From Octopus sinensis (Eukaryota): DNA of 64,000 bases. Shown piece by piece: positions 38,315 to 52,281 of the stretch (within the stretch, counting starts at the first letter, position 1; each line of letters opens with the position of its first letter). Under the pieces are notes generated by a model. It worked only from the letters and a program-made list of their open reading frames with translations. It had not been told where the DNA came from and made no database searches. The translations under genes were made by a program, and so were the position numbers. The stretch is from assembly GCF_006345805.1 (NCBI RefSeq), contig NC_043009.1:51522001-51586000 (forward strand). Reading direction: 5' to 3'.

Positions 38315-39533
38315 CATATATATAAATGTATACACATATATGTAATACGCACATATAAACATATATGTGCATATGTGACCTGTGTGTACGTGCGTGAGTG
38401 TGTATGTATGTATGTGTGTAGTGAACAGACTTCCATATTACCCATACACAACGCATATTCAAGATGGCGTCATATGGTTAAAATATGGCGGATTACCAAA
38501 TTGAAGTGAGGAAAGCAACCGAGTAGGCTCTATGTAAACAAGCTAATGCGACTCGCTAAGAACTTACGCAAAGTGAGTATGGATGCTTGCTATCAAATAA
38601 CAACGAAGCAGAAGTATATTTCAGAGTTAATTAAATTGCCATACAGTGGAATGCTATACTAACAAAACAAATATTTGATCGCGTTGAAGTCATATTATAC
38701 CATTCTGAAAGGGTCACAATTTCAGTGTTAACGTGGATATATTTCATAGGAAATCGATTAAAAGATTAATAAAATCTGGTTTCGTTATTAAACTGCTTCA
38801 ATGGTACAATTTCGAAAGGTGTTCATAAAGATTTAAAGAATTTCCGATGTTTTGGCGCTATATCGTATTTACTGCGTAATCATTTGTAGATACAAATGTT
38901 GAAAATGTCGAAATTTCGTTTCTATTATCATTTATTAGTTTCAGCTATTGGATTGTGGTCATGCTGGAGCACAACATTCAAATCGCCCTCTGTACTCGGT
39001 TTTCATCGCTAGAACATGGGTGAACGTGTAGTTGATAGGGACTAGAAGTATGCATGTACGTATGTATGTATGTATGTATGTATGTATGTATGTATGTATG
39101 TATGTATGTATGTATGTATGTGTGTATGTATTATGTATGTATGTATTATGTATGTATGTATGTATGTATGCATGCATGTATGTATGTACGCACCTACGTG
39201 TGTGTGCATGCGCGTGTGTGAGAATATGTCTGTGTGTGTCTGGAGGTACGTATTTATGTTACGTGAGAAAATAATTTTAATCAAATTATTAGTCATAAAA
39301 TCAAATTTTGACATAATTACCAAAAATGTAGATATTTTTGTTTTAATTACTGTATTTTAGATTCTAAATTTCTGAAATGCTGCTGCTTTAATAGGATTCC
39401 AAACTTCTTTAATTTCCAAGTATATATTGTCAATATTTATATATGCGCAAAATTTAGATTGGTTTTACCACAGTCCGAATTTTGTTCGTATACTGCGTTA
39501 TGTACTGGACTAGTTTTAAACTGGCATATATTA

Positions 39534-39939
39534 TCTCTATATCTATAAACGGCAAAATGTCTGTATCTGTGAGTCTGTGTGTCCTTTCTACAAATTTACA
39601 GTTTTCGAGTAAAAGGCTCGCATTTTCTATGGGCTTTCAAACTGTCTGAGGGTGGTCGTGAAGATCTTTTCATTTCCCCACTCACCCCAGAAAGCCATTA
39701 AAAAAATCGATAAACCGACCCATTATGCCCATAAGTTATGGGCAAATGGGCATTGCCGAAGTCCAATGAATATTAATTACTCTCATAAAAAGCTCCAACT
39801 AGCTCAAAAACAACAAAACTGGCTCGGGCTGAAATGTGATAAGAAACTTTAGCTCTTGATTTAGTGAGAAATTTTTACTGCGACCCGGCAACGCACAAGC
39901 ACTGGCACTAGACCCGGCAACGCCAGGTCATAATGTTAG
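39534..39939 (+). mobile_element. Non-autonomous Helitron-like element
   Basis: 5' TC start (a|tctctatatctataaacggcaaaatgtc), 3' GC-rich hairpin GACCCGGC-AAC-GCCAGGTC (39911-39929) followed by TTAG|t, inserted between A and T with no TSD. Confidence 0.7.
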
Positions 39940-40616
39940 TTCCTTAGCTAAATGTAATAAGGCTCAAGGGAACGGATTTGAAGCTCATTGTTACATATCA
40001 AAAAAATTTAATTTCAAACTTCGTAGAACATGCACGTAAATCTTGGAATCTCAATATTATAGAGTTGCTTTTTGGTAAAATAGTAAATGTTTAGCCGTGC
40101 GCATGATAAGTTATGAAAAATAGCGATGATGACAGTGAACATTTCTGCGATTATTGTATTTATCAATATTGAGTCAATTCTATGTTGCATTTCAAAAGAG
40201 AAAAAGAAACAAAAGCTTCTTTGCTCTTCATTGATATATTAAGCCAAGATAATATTTTCTATCATTAAAGATGACACAACACCATCTATAATGCAAATTG
40301 TTGATCCCAAGGAGTACAAGACTTCAGGGTTCAATGCAAAGAACCGCAGAGTATCATTTTTATATTCTACACAATTAATGAACTGTTTTTCGTCGAAATA
40401 ATGGAGAAAGTTTAGGAAAGTAAAAGGGATGAGACAAACTTCATTGTTTAATGTCATAATCTTTTCGTGAGTGACTTGTGTAAACTGTTGGTTTCCATAT
40501 TCTAAAAGCAACATTATTATACGATTGACGAACGCCGACCGCATTTTGTGTAAACTTTTATGTCCCTCTTCTAATTGACGTCATTATATATATATATGCA
40601 ACACACATACATACAT

Positions 40617-40647
<31 letters not shown>

Positions 40648-40724
40648 AAAGTCTACACAAATGCGCCCAGACGCCATGATAGATCGTTAGCCACTACACA
40701 CATTTTTTTCTCTCCTTGTTTTCT

Positions 40725-40795
40725 GTGTCCCTTTCTGTAGAAGAGCGTAGACTCGAAACGTAAAAGACTTTTTCTATTCCTGAGCGTTATACTAT
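40725..40795 (+). ncRNA. Putative hammerhead-like motif, copy 5 (subfamily II) in a repeat spanning ~40668-40860
   Basis: cttt-CTGTAGA(40735-40741)-A-GAGC-gtag-ACTC-GAAACGT-AAAAGACTTTT...gagc-GTT(40786-40788). Stem I is poorly supported. Homologous to copy 4 over its whole length. Confidence 0.45.
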
Positions 40796-40872
40796 TACAT
40801 CTGTTTGTTGTCTACACCATCTGTCTTCGACTTTTGTTTTTTTTTCGTAAACTTCCCCCATATACATATATA

Positions 40873-41271
40873 CTCTTTACTCTCTTTTACTCTTTTACTT
40901 GTTTCAGTCATTTGACTGCGGCCATGCTGGAGCACCGCCTCTAGTCGAGCAAATCGACCCCAAGACTTATTCTTTGTAAGGCCAGTACTTATTCTATCGT
41001 TCTCTTATGCCGAACCGCTAAGTGACGGGGACGTAAACACACCAGCATCGGTTGTCAAGCAATGCTAGGGGGACAAACACAGACACACAAACACATACAT
41101 ATATATACGACAGGCTTCTTTCAGTTTCCGTCTACCAAATCCACTCACAAGACATTGGTCGGCCCGGGGCTATAGCAGAAGACACTTGCCCAAGATGCCA
41201 CGCAGTGGGACTGAACCCGGAACCATGTGGCTGGTTAGCAAGCTACTTACCACACAGCCACTCCTGCGCCT
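40873..41271 (-). mobile_element. Full-length SINE family A
   Basis: Reverse complement matches 36301-36720 throughout. Confidence 0.93.
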
Positions 41272-41766
41272 ATACTATATATATATATATATATATGTAT
41301 GTATATATATATATATATATGTGTGTGTGTATCAGGATTGACTCTTTCCACTTAGTTTAAAACTGCGGATTAAAAGTGTAAAATTGATATGAGTTTATCC
41401 ACTATGGTATAAATTATGTATTTATGCATACACATACACACGCACACACACATACAAACACACATACACACACAAGCACACACACACAAACGCACGCGCA
41501 CGCACACATACACACACAAACATATATAAACATTATACTGTGTAAATTAACGCTTATTTTACTGTAAGTACCGAATAAGTACAGTCGAGGAGATATGATA
41601 ACACGGCGGGACTTACTTTCCAGACTAACAGTATATTTTTCTTACATTTAAATCCGTGTATGAATTTACCCATACAGCCATGCGTAGACGCAAATACACC
41701 TTTGTATGTATGTATGTATGTATGTATGTATGTATGTATGTATGTATGTATGTATGTATGTATGTG

Positions 41767-41847
<81 letters not shown>

Positions 41848-43055
41848 CTATGTGTGTATGTATGTATGCATGTATGAGTGTATATGTATGTATCTATTTA
41901 TCTATCTATCTATCAAACCATCTATCTACCTGTGTGTATGTGTGTGTATGTATCTATGTATACAAATGTATATACACACGTCTCTGACTATATATACGCA
42001 GGCACATAAATATAAACATACATACAAGAAGATATATATGAATGAGAGTGTATTTATGTGTGTTCCTGTACTAATTGGATTCTCGTATATGCAACAATAT
42101 ATCCCTGGCGTACTTGAAATCGTTTTGAGCGAAGACTGGAGGGAAAACAATAAGTAAAATTAATTATATGAAAACACCAAAATATTTCCTACCACCAGCA
42201 ACGCAACCACAACCAATACCACCACCATTACCACCATCACCATCACCATCATTACTACCGCACGAGCCTGTACCACTACAAGAACTTGTAACTTCACCAA
42301 CATCAAACACTGTCTTCACTAACACAGCACTTTAAAACGGCGATTTTAATTCCTTCAAAAACTCACAGTCGAGCGTGAGTGGAATAATATTAAATGCGAG
42401 TTTCAGGTTTGTAAAGGATCTTTGTACGTATGTGTGTGTGTATGTGTGTGTGTGAGAGAGAGAATACTGCTACATATATATATATAGAGAGAGAGCTGAG
42501 AGAAAGAGAGAGGGATACACACATATATATGTATACACATACACACACACATATATATATATATAGTGAGAGATACATACATATATATATATTTATTTAT
42601 ATATGTATATATATGTATGTATTTATATATGCATATATATGTATGTATTTATATATGTATATATATATACATATGTATATATATTTATATATGTATGTAT
42701 GTATTTATATATGTATATTCAAATCAGTTCTTGATTTTCTAAGTTCAGGTGAGTGTGTTTTATACATTTTTTTCTATATTAAAAGGTAAACATTTCAAAT
42801 TGCCAATATACTCAATTTATAATTAGTCTGAGAATTGAAAAAAAAACAACAAAAAACACATTTGACGTAATTTGAGACGTCTTTTCATTGTTATCCAATC
42901 AGCCAGAGTTGAAGAATATACACGCACACGCATACAAGCGGACGCAATCGTACGCATCCGCGTATGCACACACGCGCACACACACAAACAGACACATATA
43001 TATATATATACAGAAATACGTATATATATATATACATATATATATACATTCACAC

Positions 43056-43089
<34 letters not shown>

Positions 43090-43353
43090 GTATATATAAT
43101 GTGTATATATATACGTGTGTGTGTATATATGTATGTATATATATATGTGCATGATACATACACACATACACTACATACAACCACATATGTATTTATGTAT
43201 ATACTAGAAACTACAGTCTAGTAACTGAAACAAGTAAAAGATGAAAAAAATTGAATATCAACACTGGCTGTTTTCTTCTGTATATGTTATTATTTACTTT
43301 TAATATCTGCAGTCAGCTCTCTCTTTCTCTCCTCCTCCTTTCGCTCTCACTAT

Positions 43354-43395
<42 letters not shown>

Positions 43396-44444
43396 GCTGT
43401 CACGTATGTCTACTTCAGTCTCACCTTCTTGCCATAGACGACTGGAGCAATGACTATTCGTACTTGGTTCATTTATACTCTTGCTTATTCCCTTTTTGCA
43501 CTTACGTATTTCTTTGCATCAATAATCTTACATCACAGTCTATTTGTTGCTCTTCTTGTTTCATCACATGTCCGCTCCCATGATATAAACCAATAACCAA
43601 AGCTATTTCAGTTGTCAATGAACCAAATGTATCGTTACACACTTTTGTCTTAGACAGAAGCGTAATAATTTCATACAAAATGGCGTTTTGTTTCAAGCAT
43701 ATCATGCGGCGACTACATAAATGTGCACTTTTGGCTTTTCGCTGTTTCTTGATTCAAAGGCGGACATAATTTTAATAAATCAAAGACTTACGTTGTATCT
43801 TACCTGATATACATGTATTTGTCTTTGTCGTATGACTACTTGCCACTAAAACATCGGACTTATTTTCGTCAACAAATTTCCTTCAAAATTTATGTAAATT
43901 ACCTAGAATATAAGAGTGTTATATATGTCTATAAGAGTGTTGTATATGTCTATGCTTCCTGGGTACTGGACATAATTTTGTGCAAAAGTCAGTCTTATGT
44001 CGCCTACTGCCCACGAAACACGTCTCAAATATGACTCTCTGTCCTCAGAACCCGCCATTTACTTTATGGCATTTCAATTTGGAGAGTACTTCGTTCTTGA
44101 GATTACTTGCAAGTTTCGTATGGAACTGTATCTAATTACTTGGTTGTGATACATCATCAAGGGTCGAAAGTTATTTTAATAAATCATTCCCTTAATGTTG
44201 TATGGTATTTGATACGTCCATATTTCTCTGTTGTTCATTAGCACGACGTTGTACGCTTTGAGGTGTTACTCTGTATCTAATGCTTGTTCGATCGCCCGTT
44301 ATACTTTAGTTAGTTGGAGAGGTGAAAGTGGAGTGAGTGAGAGATGGCGTAAGAGTGAGAAGGAGACAGACAGAGGGAGGAGTGAGAGAAAGATTAGAGA
44401 AGAAAAAAGAGAGTATAATATTCTTTTCTACTCTAGGCTGAAGG

Positions 44445-44600
44445 GCCGAAATTTTTTTTTGGGGGGGGGCTCTCGATTAGATCGACTCCAGTACGTAAGT
44501 GATACTTAATTTATCGACCTTGAGAGGATGAAAGGCAAAGTTGACCTCGGCAGAATTTGAACTCAGAACGTAGCGGCAGATGAAATATCTATTTCTTTAC
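44445..44600 (-). mobile_element. SINE family B terminal unit, 5'-truncated at the tandem-unit junction
   Basis: Carries the B box (gaatttgaactc) and the inter-unit junction gatgaaatatctatttctttac. Confidence 0.8.
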
Positions 44601-45315
44601 GGAAATGGAGGCTCTAATCTATGCTGCCCAAGAGCAAACACTAAGAGCAAACTACATAAAATACAGAATAGACAACCCGTCAGAATGTGATAAGTGCAGA
44701 ATCTGTGGACAAAATGGTGAAACCGTGTGGCATATTACCAGCCTATGTTCGTCACTAGCCCAAAAGCAATATAAAAGACACCAGGGCAGTATAGCAAGTA
44801 TTGTCCATTGGACAATTTGCAACTAGTATGGACTCGACAGAGAAAAATTGGTACGACCACAAACCCAAAGGCATCATTGAAAATGATAATTCAAAGTTCC
44901 TGTGGAATTTTATGATTCAGTGCGACTATGAGATTGAGAATAGGAAGCCAGACATAGTGTTAATTGAGAAAGAAAATAAACTATGCTGGATCATAGATGT
45001 AGCATGCGCAGCTGACAACAAGGTATGTGATAAGGAAGAAAGAAATATTGATATGACAGATTAGCTTGGGACGTTAAGCAGTTGAGGTCGAAGAAAAAGG
45101 TGATAGTAATACCAATAATTGTCGGAACCCTGGGGACAGTGAGTGAAAATTTTGAGAAATACATGGAACAAATAGGGGCTGCAGAAAACAGCACTGCTTG
45201 GAACCCTTGGAATACTCTGGAAGGTGCTCGAAAAATAAGATGTGTGACTTTAGTTCACTGGTAGGGAACAGCTGACACTGTAGTACATCTCCATCGATAG
45301 AAGCTGTGCAAAGGC
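44601..45315 (+). mobile_element. 3' fragment of an R4/Dong-clade retrotransposon (CCHC zinc knuckle plus REL endonuclease) ending in (AAT)n
   Basis: EALIYAAQEQTLRANYIKYRID...KCRICGQNGETVWHITSLC; FLWNFMIQCDYEIENRKPDIVLIEKENKLCWIIDVAC; VIVIPIIVGTLGTV. (AAT)n starts at ~45316. Confidence 0.92.
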
Positions 45316-45385
<70 letters not shown>

Positions 45386-45430
45386 TAATAATAATAATAA
45401 TAACAACAACAACAACAACAACAACAACAA

Positions 45431-45467
<37 letters not shown>

Positions 45468-45471
45468 GCTT

Positions 45472-45560
<89 letters not shown>
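45316..45560. repeat. (AAT)n-(AAC)n-(ACT)n-(AAT)n compound microsatellite
   Basis: Directly visible. Confidence 0.97.
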
Positions 45561-45562
<2 letters not shown>

Positions 45563-46394
45563 TAGTTCTTTCTTATTTTGGCACAGGGTCAGTAGTTTTT
45601 GAGGGAGAAGTGATGCTAATTATACTAAACAATAACAAAATGCCTCGTTAAAAATAACTCTAGTTTGCTCATAGGAGCAACAGGTGTTAAGACAATTACA
45701 GTGTTTTACTATATACATTATAGACAAGTGTTTTCTGGAGGTATTTAGTGATGGTATCGATAGTCATGTTATAAGGATCGTGCCAATAGGAAGGGGGTGA
45801 TTAGGGAAAATGATGTCGCAATGGATGAAGTAGAAGGGAATATAACGAACACAGGAAGAAGAATAATGATGATGATGATGATGAAGGTAGTGATTTTGAT
45901 GGTGGCAGTGGCGGTGATGGCAGCGGTTTTGGTGGTGGTGGTGGAGGTGGTTGTGTGTTCGCAGCGGTGTTAGTGATGCGTTAGTGTGTTTTCTTTAGGC
46001 AGCTGGCATATTTTGAAAATTACCTTCCTTTTTTTTTATATTTTTTTCTTACTTCAGAAAACCACTTCCTAGTCTGATGCTCATAACATCTGCTTAACAG
46101 ATCTGCTGAACCAGATGCCTTTACCAAAATATTCTTCCATTTGAAGAGAACCACATGTCACTGTTTACTTTCGGTAATTGTTATTGCTGTTACCATAATA
46201 TATATATATGCTGAAAACGGAAGCTGATATTTCCACTGAAATAGAAGATATTATATATGTGAATGTTTAGGACGTTTCTGCTGCTGTTAATTGTTGTTAT
46301 GGCTGCTGCTGCTGTCGTTTAGACCCAGGTCAGTCCCAATGAAACCAACATGTCATGGAAGTGCTTCAATAGTGACCATGCAATCGTTTAATTT

Positions 46395-47310
46395 TCCGGC
46401 ACGTGCAAAATTCTTCGCGGTATTTCGTTTGCCGCAACGTTCTGAGTTCAAATTCCGCCGAGGTCGACTTTGCCTTTCATCCTTTCGGGGTCGATTAAAT
46501 AAGTACCAGTTACGCACTGGGGTCGATATTATCGACTTAATCCGTTTGTCTGTCCTTGTTTGTCCTCTCTGTGTTTAGCCCCTTGTGGTTAGTAAAAGAA
46601 GTAGGTATTTCATCTACTGTTACGTTGTGAGTTCAAATTCCGCTGAGGTCGACTTTGCCTTTCATCCTTTCGGGGTCGATAAATTAAGTACCAGTTACGC
46701 ACTGGGGTCGATGTAATGGACTTAATCCCTTTGTCTGTCCTTGTTTGTCCACTCTATGATTAGATCTTTGTGGGTAGTAAAGAAATAGGTATTTCGTCTT
46801 CCGCTACGTTCTGAGTTCAAATTCCGCCGAGGTCGACTTTGCCTTTCATCCTTTCGGGGTTGATAAATTAAGTACCAGTTACGCACTGGGGTCGTGGTAA
46901 TGGATTTAATCCCTTTGTCTGTCCTTGTTTGACCACTCTATGTTTAGCGCTTTGTGGGTAGTAAAGAAACATGTATTTCGTCTGTCGCTACGTTCTGAGT
47001 TCAAATTCTGCCGAGGTCGACTTTGCCTTTTATCCTTTCGGGGTCGACTAAATAAGTACCAGTTACGCACTGGCTCGATATAATCGACTTAATCCGTTTG
47101 TCTGTTCTTGTTTGTCCTCTCTGTGTTTAGCCCCTTGTGTGTAGTAAAGAAATAGGTATTTCATCTGCTACTACGTTCTGAGTTCAACTTCCGCCTTTCA
47201 TTCTCTCGTGGTCGATAAATTAAGTGTCAGTTGCATACTGGGGTCGATCTAATCGACTGGCCATACCTCCGCCAAAATTTCGGGCCTTGTGCCTAGAGTA
47301 GAAAAGAAAA
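46395..47310 (+). mobile_element. SINE family B tandem array: partial head, four ~184-bp body units and a terminal unit with tail
   Basis: B boxes start at 46444, 46629, 46813, 46997 and 47180 (spacings 185, 184, 184, 183). Each unit matches the dispersed family B body. Confidence 0.92.
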
Positions 47311-47522
47311 TGTACAGTCCATTTAAATGCTCAAAATACACATGAAAGACGAATTAAGCTCGGAAACATTCCAACTGTGGACGTAAAGAACCAGAGTAAA
47401 TAACGTAAGCCCTTTCGTCTGATCCCTAACGATTCTTCCAATGCATCATATATAAATGATTTTTTATTTTGGCACACGACTACCAATTTTGAGGAGGAAG
47501 AGATGCAATCTATCCCAGTACT

Positions 47523-47938
47523 TACTCTTTACTCTTTTACTCTTTTACTTGTTTCAGTCAGTTGACTGCGGCCATGCTGGAACACCGCCTTTAGTCGAGC
47601 AACTCGACCCCAGGACTTATTCTTTGTAAGCCCAGTACTTATTCTATCGGTCTCTTTTGCCAAACCGCTAAGTGACGGGGACCTAAACACACCAGCATCG
47701 GTTGTCAAGCGATGTTGGGGGGGGGGGAAACACAGACACACAAACATACACGCACACACACACACACATATATATATACATATATACGACGGGCTTCGTT
47801 CAGTTTCCGTCTACCAAATCCACTCACAAAGCTTTGGTCGGCCCGGGGCTATAGCAGAAGACACTTGCCCAAGATGCCACGCAGTGGGACTGAACCCGGA
47901 ACTATGTGGTTGGTAAGCAAGCAACTTACCACACAGCC
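47523..47938 (-). mobile_element. Full-length SINE family A
   Basis: Reverse complement matches other family A copies throughout. Confidence 0.93.
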
Positions 47939-48094
47939 TTAATGAAAATTCTTTTCTTTTTATGGAGTCAACTAATGAATGCAAAGCAAAGGAAATCTGA
48001 GTGGGATTTGAACACATTACATAAGGAGCTGGGGCAAATATTTCGTGGCATATTTTCACAGACTCTATGAATTCTGCCTATTCACTAATAATGG

Positions 48095-48530
48095 TTTCAA
48101 ATTTTGGCACTGAGCCAACAATTTCGGGCGAGAGAGTAGGTCGATAATATCGACTCCAATGCGCAATCGGTTCTTATTTCATCGACCCCGAATGGTTGAA
48201 AGTCAAAGTCATCCGAGGCAGAATCTGAAGTCAGAACGTAAAGATGGCCGAAATATCGCTAAGCGTTTTACCTTGCGTGGTGAACTATTCTTCCAGCTCC
48301 ACGCCTTTGATAATAATACTTTCTACTCTAAGAACAACACCTGAAATTTTAGGGGAGGGGCACAGTCGATCACATTGACCCCAGTGTTCATCTGATACTT
48401 AATTTATCGATGTAAGACAAAGTCGAACTCGGTGGAATTTGAAGTCGGAACAAAAAACCCAGCGAAATGACGATAAGAATTTTGCTCAGCACGGTAACGA
48501 TTCTGCCTGCTCGCTGCCTTCACTAATAAT
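48095..48530 (-). mobile_element. Two adjacent degenerate SINE family B copies
   Basis: Copies at ~48095-48310 and ~48330-48530, each with gtcga..atcgac.cca and gaat.tgaagtc motifs. Confidence 0.7.
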
Positions 48531-49642
48531 GCTAATTATGTTCGTCAGTTTGTGGAAGAAAGATTCTATTTGGTGGTATTCTAAGAAATATAAAACCTTT
48601 ATGTAAACAATTTTCCAAGCTGTTCTGCAAACGATATGTTTGTGAAATCAAATTCATATAACAGGTTTCTTAGTTAGTATGAACAGGAGAGAAAAAATAA
48701 ATGTTAAACGATATAAAGTGATACGTATGTATGTATGTATGTATGTATGTATGTACGTACGTATGTATGTATGTACGTATGTATGTATGTATGAATGTAT
48801 GTATGTATTTATGTATGTACGTACGTATGTATGTATGTATGTATGTACGTATGTACGTATGTACGTATATATGTATGTATGTATGTATGTACGTATGTAT
48901 GTATGTATGTATGTATGTATGTATGTATGTATGTGTGTACACACGTATGTATGTATGTATGTATGTATGTATGTATGTATGAATGTATGTATGTGTGTGA
49001 GTGTGTATAGACCTGTTTTTCTAAACCCGACGCTTGTCAACTGGTGTTGGTTTGTTTGGGTTTCCATATGTTGGCAGTTCGGAAGCCCAGAGAATAAATA
49101 CTAAATTAAAAAAATTAAATAAAGTGATCGATCAATTTGGGTAAGCATTTCTCTTGATACCTGATCAGATAGGTTCGTCCTAGAAGCCTAGGAAATATTA
49201 AGTCGTATATATTATCAAATAATATAATATGTGTGTGTGTCCAAAATTAGGGAATGGAGTAGATAAAATCCATGCGAAACATGTTTCATATCTAGCGATA
49301 GCTCGGAATTAGTATTTATCCAAAAGGGGGTAGAATAGAAGCTATTCGTCTGACTAAGGATAGCTTGATTACATGAAGTTTACATTGCCGTTAGGAGATC
49401 CGGTGTTAACTCGCAAGGGATTCGGCCGAAATGTTAAATGTATGTATATATATATATATATGTATATACATATATTAATAGCGATTTTGACGTCTATATC
49501 TAGCATGTTGACGTCTATATCTAGCACTTTTAGTGGTCAGTCCTTTACAATTTGTATGTAAGAATATTTTAATCTTCGGATTTTTTTAATATGCTAGGCC
49601 ACTGGTTTTAATTGATTAATATCAATTTCTACCCTTATATAT

Positions 49643-49695
<53 letters not shown>

Positions 49696-49946
49696 AAACC
49701 CAGTGAACAGGTATGACGATGGCGGTTTGACTTTGAATCTCTTTAACAAATCAAAATAATGATTTTAATTCCTTTTTATTCTACCTCAGTTCATCTAATT
49801 GTATTTATTTATCGCTACATTTCATAAAAAAACCTTTATCTTTTTTAATATTCAATGTGTATTTTCGCTTTTTTCTTCTTACTTTTCCCATATCTTTTCC
49901 ACGGGTAGTTTCTATTTTCCTTTTGAAACATATTTCTGCAAATATG

Positions 49947-50000
<54 letters not shown>

Positions 50001-50296
50001 TATATATATACGCCATAAAATTTCGCGGCGTATAGCATTAAGCCTATCTCTTTCAGGCTTTACTATAGGTCATCTACACCGTCAATGAGACGGGCTTCTG
50101 TTAAGCGCCTTTGAAGCTATAAGTCACGTGCAACCGAATGAAACTGTTTTAAATAATACATGTAAACCCCTATTTAAATATGTTGTATGTTCTTTTCGTT
50201 CGTTCGTCACTTACTCGTGTGTCATGTCTGTGTGTGTGAGTGTTTGTGTGTGTGCGTGTATGTATGTGCGTGCACGCGCAGGTGTGTGCATTGTGT

Positions 50297-50965
50297 TTGA
50301 AGTCTGATAAATAAGTAATCGGACTGTTGCTATAGTAACGAAGTTAACGCACACAGAGTGGAGCAGCTTGGCACAGATTGATATTGATGACGGCTGTGGA
50401 TGCGCACTAAGTTTTAACGTTCTAGCTCATCTCTGCTGTTCACAGCAGTACTTGAATCGAAGGTGTTTAGCGCGTGATCGTCGCATAAATCATGACAAAG
50501 AAAGTTGTCACGGCGATACCTGTTCAGTGGCCTACGTAAATTTGCAGAAAGTGTACGGAGGGGAGTGTATAAGATGCACAAAATTGCGAGTGTGTTTCAC
50601 ACGTTTCCAAAATGGCCGAAAAACTTGATATTGACGAACCTTTTCGGAGACTCGCAACTAGCAGAACTGAGCAAAACATCGCAGATGTGCGTGCAGCTGT
50701 GACGGGAAATCGTCGAATCATCATCCGTGAGTTATCACAAGATGTGCAGATTAGTTACGGTTCAGTTCAGTCCATTATCACTGAAGACTTGGGTATGCGA
50801 CGCTTGTCTGCCAAGTTTGTGCTAAAACTGCTTTCAGCAGACAAGTTCTCCTTGATTGTATCGAGAACGATGAAGACATTTTGGAAACTTTACGTAGGCC
50901 TCTGAGCAGGTATCGCCAAGCTTTTGGCAAATTTTGATGCTGATTCTCTGCTCATCTTTCGTAGT
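50297..50965 (+). mobile_element. Internally deleted mariner (Tc1/mariner) transposon
   Basis: TIR-like tgaagtctgataaataagtaatcggact (~50298-50327); GDTCSVAYVNLQKVYGGEC; TSRTEQNIADVRAAVTGNRRIIIRELSQDVQISYGSVQSIITEDLGMRRLSAKFVLKLLS (second HTH and degenerate WVPHEL-type linker). The catalytic domain is absent. Confidence 0.88.
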
Positions 50966-51247
50966 ACTGAGGTCGATCTAATCAACTGTCCCCCTCCCCC
51001 AAAATTTCGTTAGTCGTTTGCCAAAGTCAGAAACTATGAATGTTATCATATCAGAAATTTTGTCTGTGATGATCACGAATTTTAGTTGTGATATAGACGA
51101 CAACGGTTATAACTGTAATGATAATGGTGATGATGTCGATTATGTGATGATTCAACAACAAAAGTAACAGCAGTGGTAGCAGTGGCAGCATCAGTAGCAG
51201 CAGCAACAACAGCAGCAGCACTAGTAGTAGTAGTAGTAGTAGTAGTA

Positions 51248-51284
<37 letters not shown>

Positions 51285-51409
51285 TGTAGTAGTAGTAGTA
51301 GTAGCAAAAATGAAATCGGGCTTGTATTTTGGCATTTTTAATGGCGCTCGTAATGATGTGATGTTGATGATAAGATGACAACGCCGACACTATGGCTGCT
51401 GCTGCTGCA

Positions 51410-51483
<74 letters not shown>

Positions 51484-51791
51484 ATAATAACAATAACAAT
51501 AATAAGAATAATGATAATCATGTTCTCGTTTTTTCTTTTTCCTGGTGAAGAAAAATCCATTGTGCTATTTGTAATGGAGATTTTAAATGACCTTATACAT
51601 AGCATGGTTCCTGTTGCAGTTAATGTATAGCAAATTTATATATACTCTTTTTATTTCTTCCATTTTAAATCTCTCTTTCTCTTCCGACCTTCTCTATTTT
51701 TCGTTTCGGCTACCTTTTATTAACTTACCTCCTCCTTTCTCTTGCATTGTGTCTTTTCTCTCTTTGCCTATGTCTGTCTGTCGACCTGTCT

Positions 51792-51865
<74 letters not shown>

Positions 51866-52152
51866 TATATACATACGTCTATATATGAGTATGCCTCTGT
51901 CAGTGTTTGTATGTGAGTAGGAAAAGTAAATGCATAAGAATATTTCAACTTCCATTTTCGTTATCGGCTAAGAGAGTGTATGCATTTGCTACCGTACATT
52001 TACATATACATTTATGAATATCTACATAAATGCGTAAATACATATATACATGCATACAAACAAGCATACATGCACATATACATGGCTACACACACACACA
52101 CACATATACATACATAAATACATACATATATACATATATACATATTCATATA

Positions 52153-52201
<49 letters not shown>

Positions 52202-52246
52202 ATATATATATATGTATGCATATATATATGTGTGTGTATATATATG

Positions 52247-52281
<35 letters not shown>

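Noticed and set aside
46395-47310. Regularly spaced repeats that could look like a CRISPR array
   Set aside because: Whole 184-bp units repeat with no unique spacers, they match dispersed SINE copies, and there are no cas genes in this eukaryotic DNA.
51215-51482. (TAG)n followed ~90 bp later by (CTA)n, able to fold back
   Set aside because: Complementary triplet tracts are expected by chance at this microsatellite density, and the adjoining CAG/CTG parts are not in inverted order.
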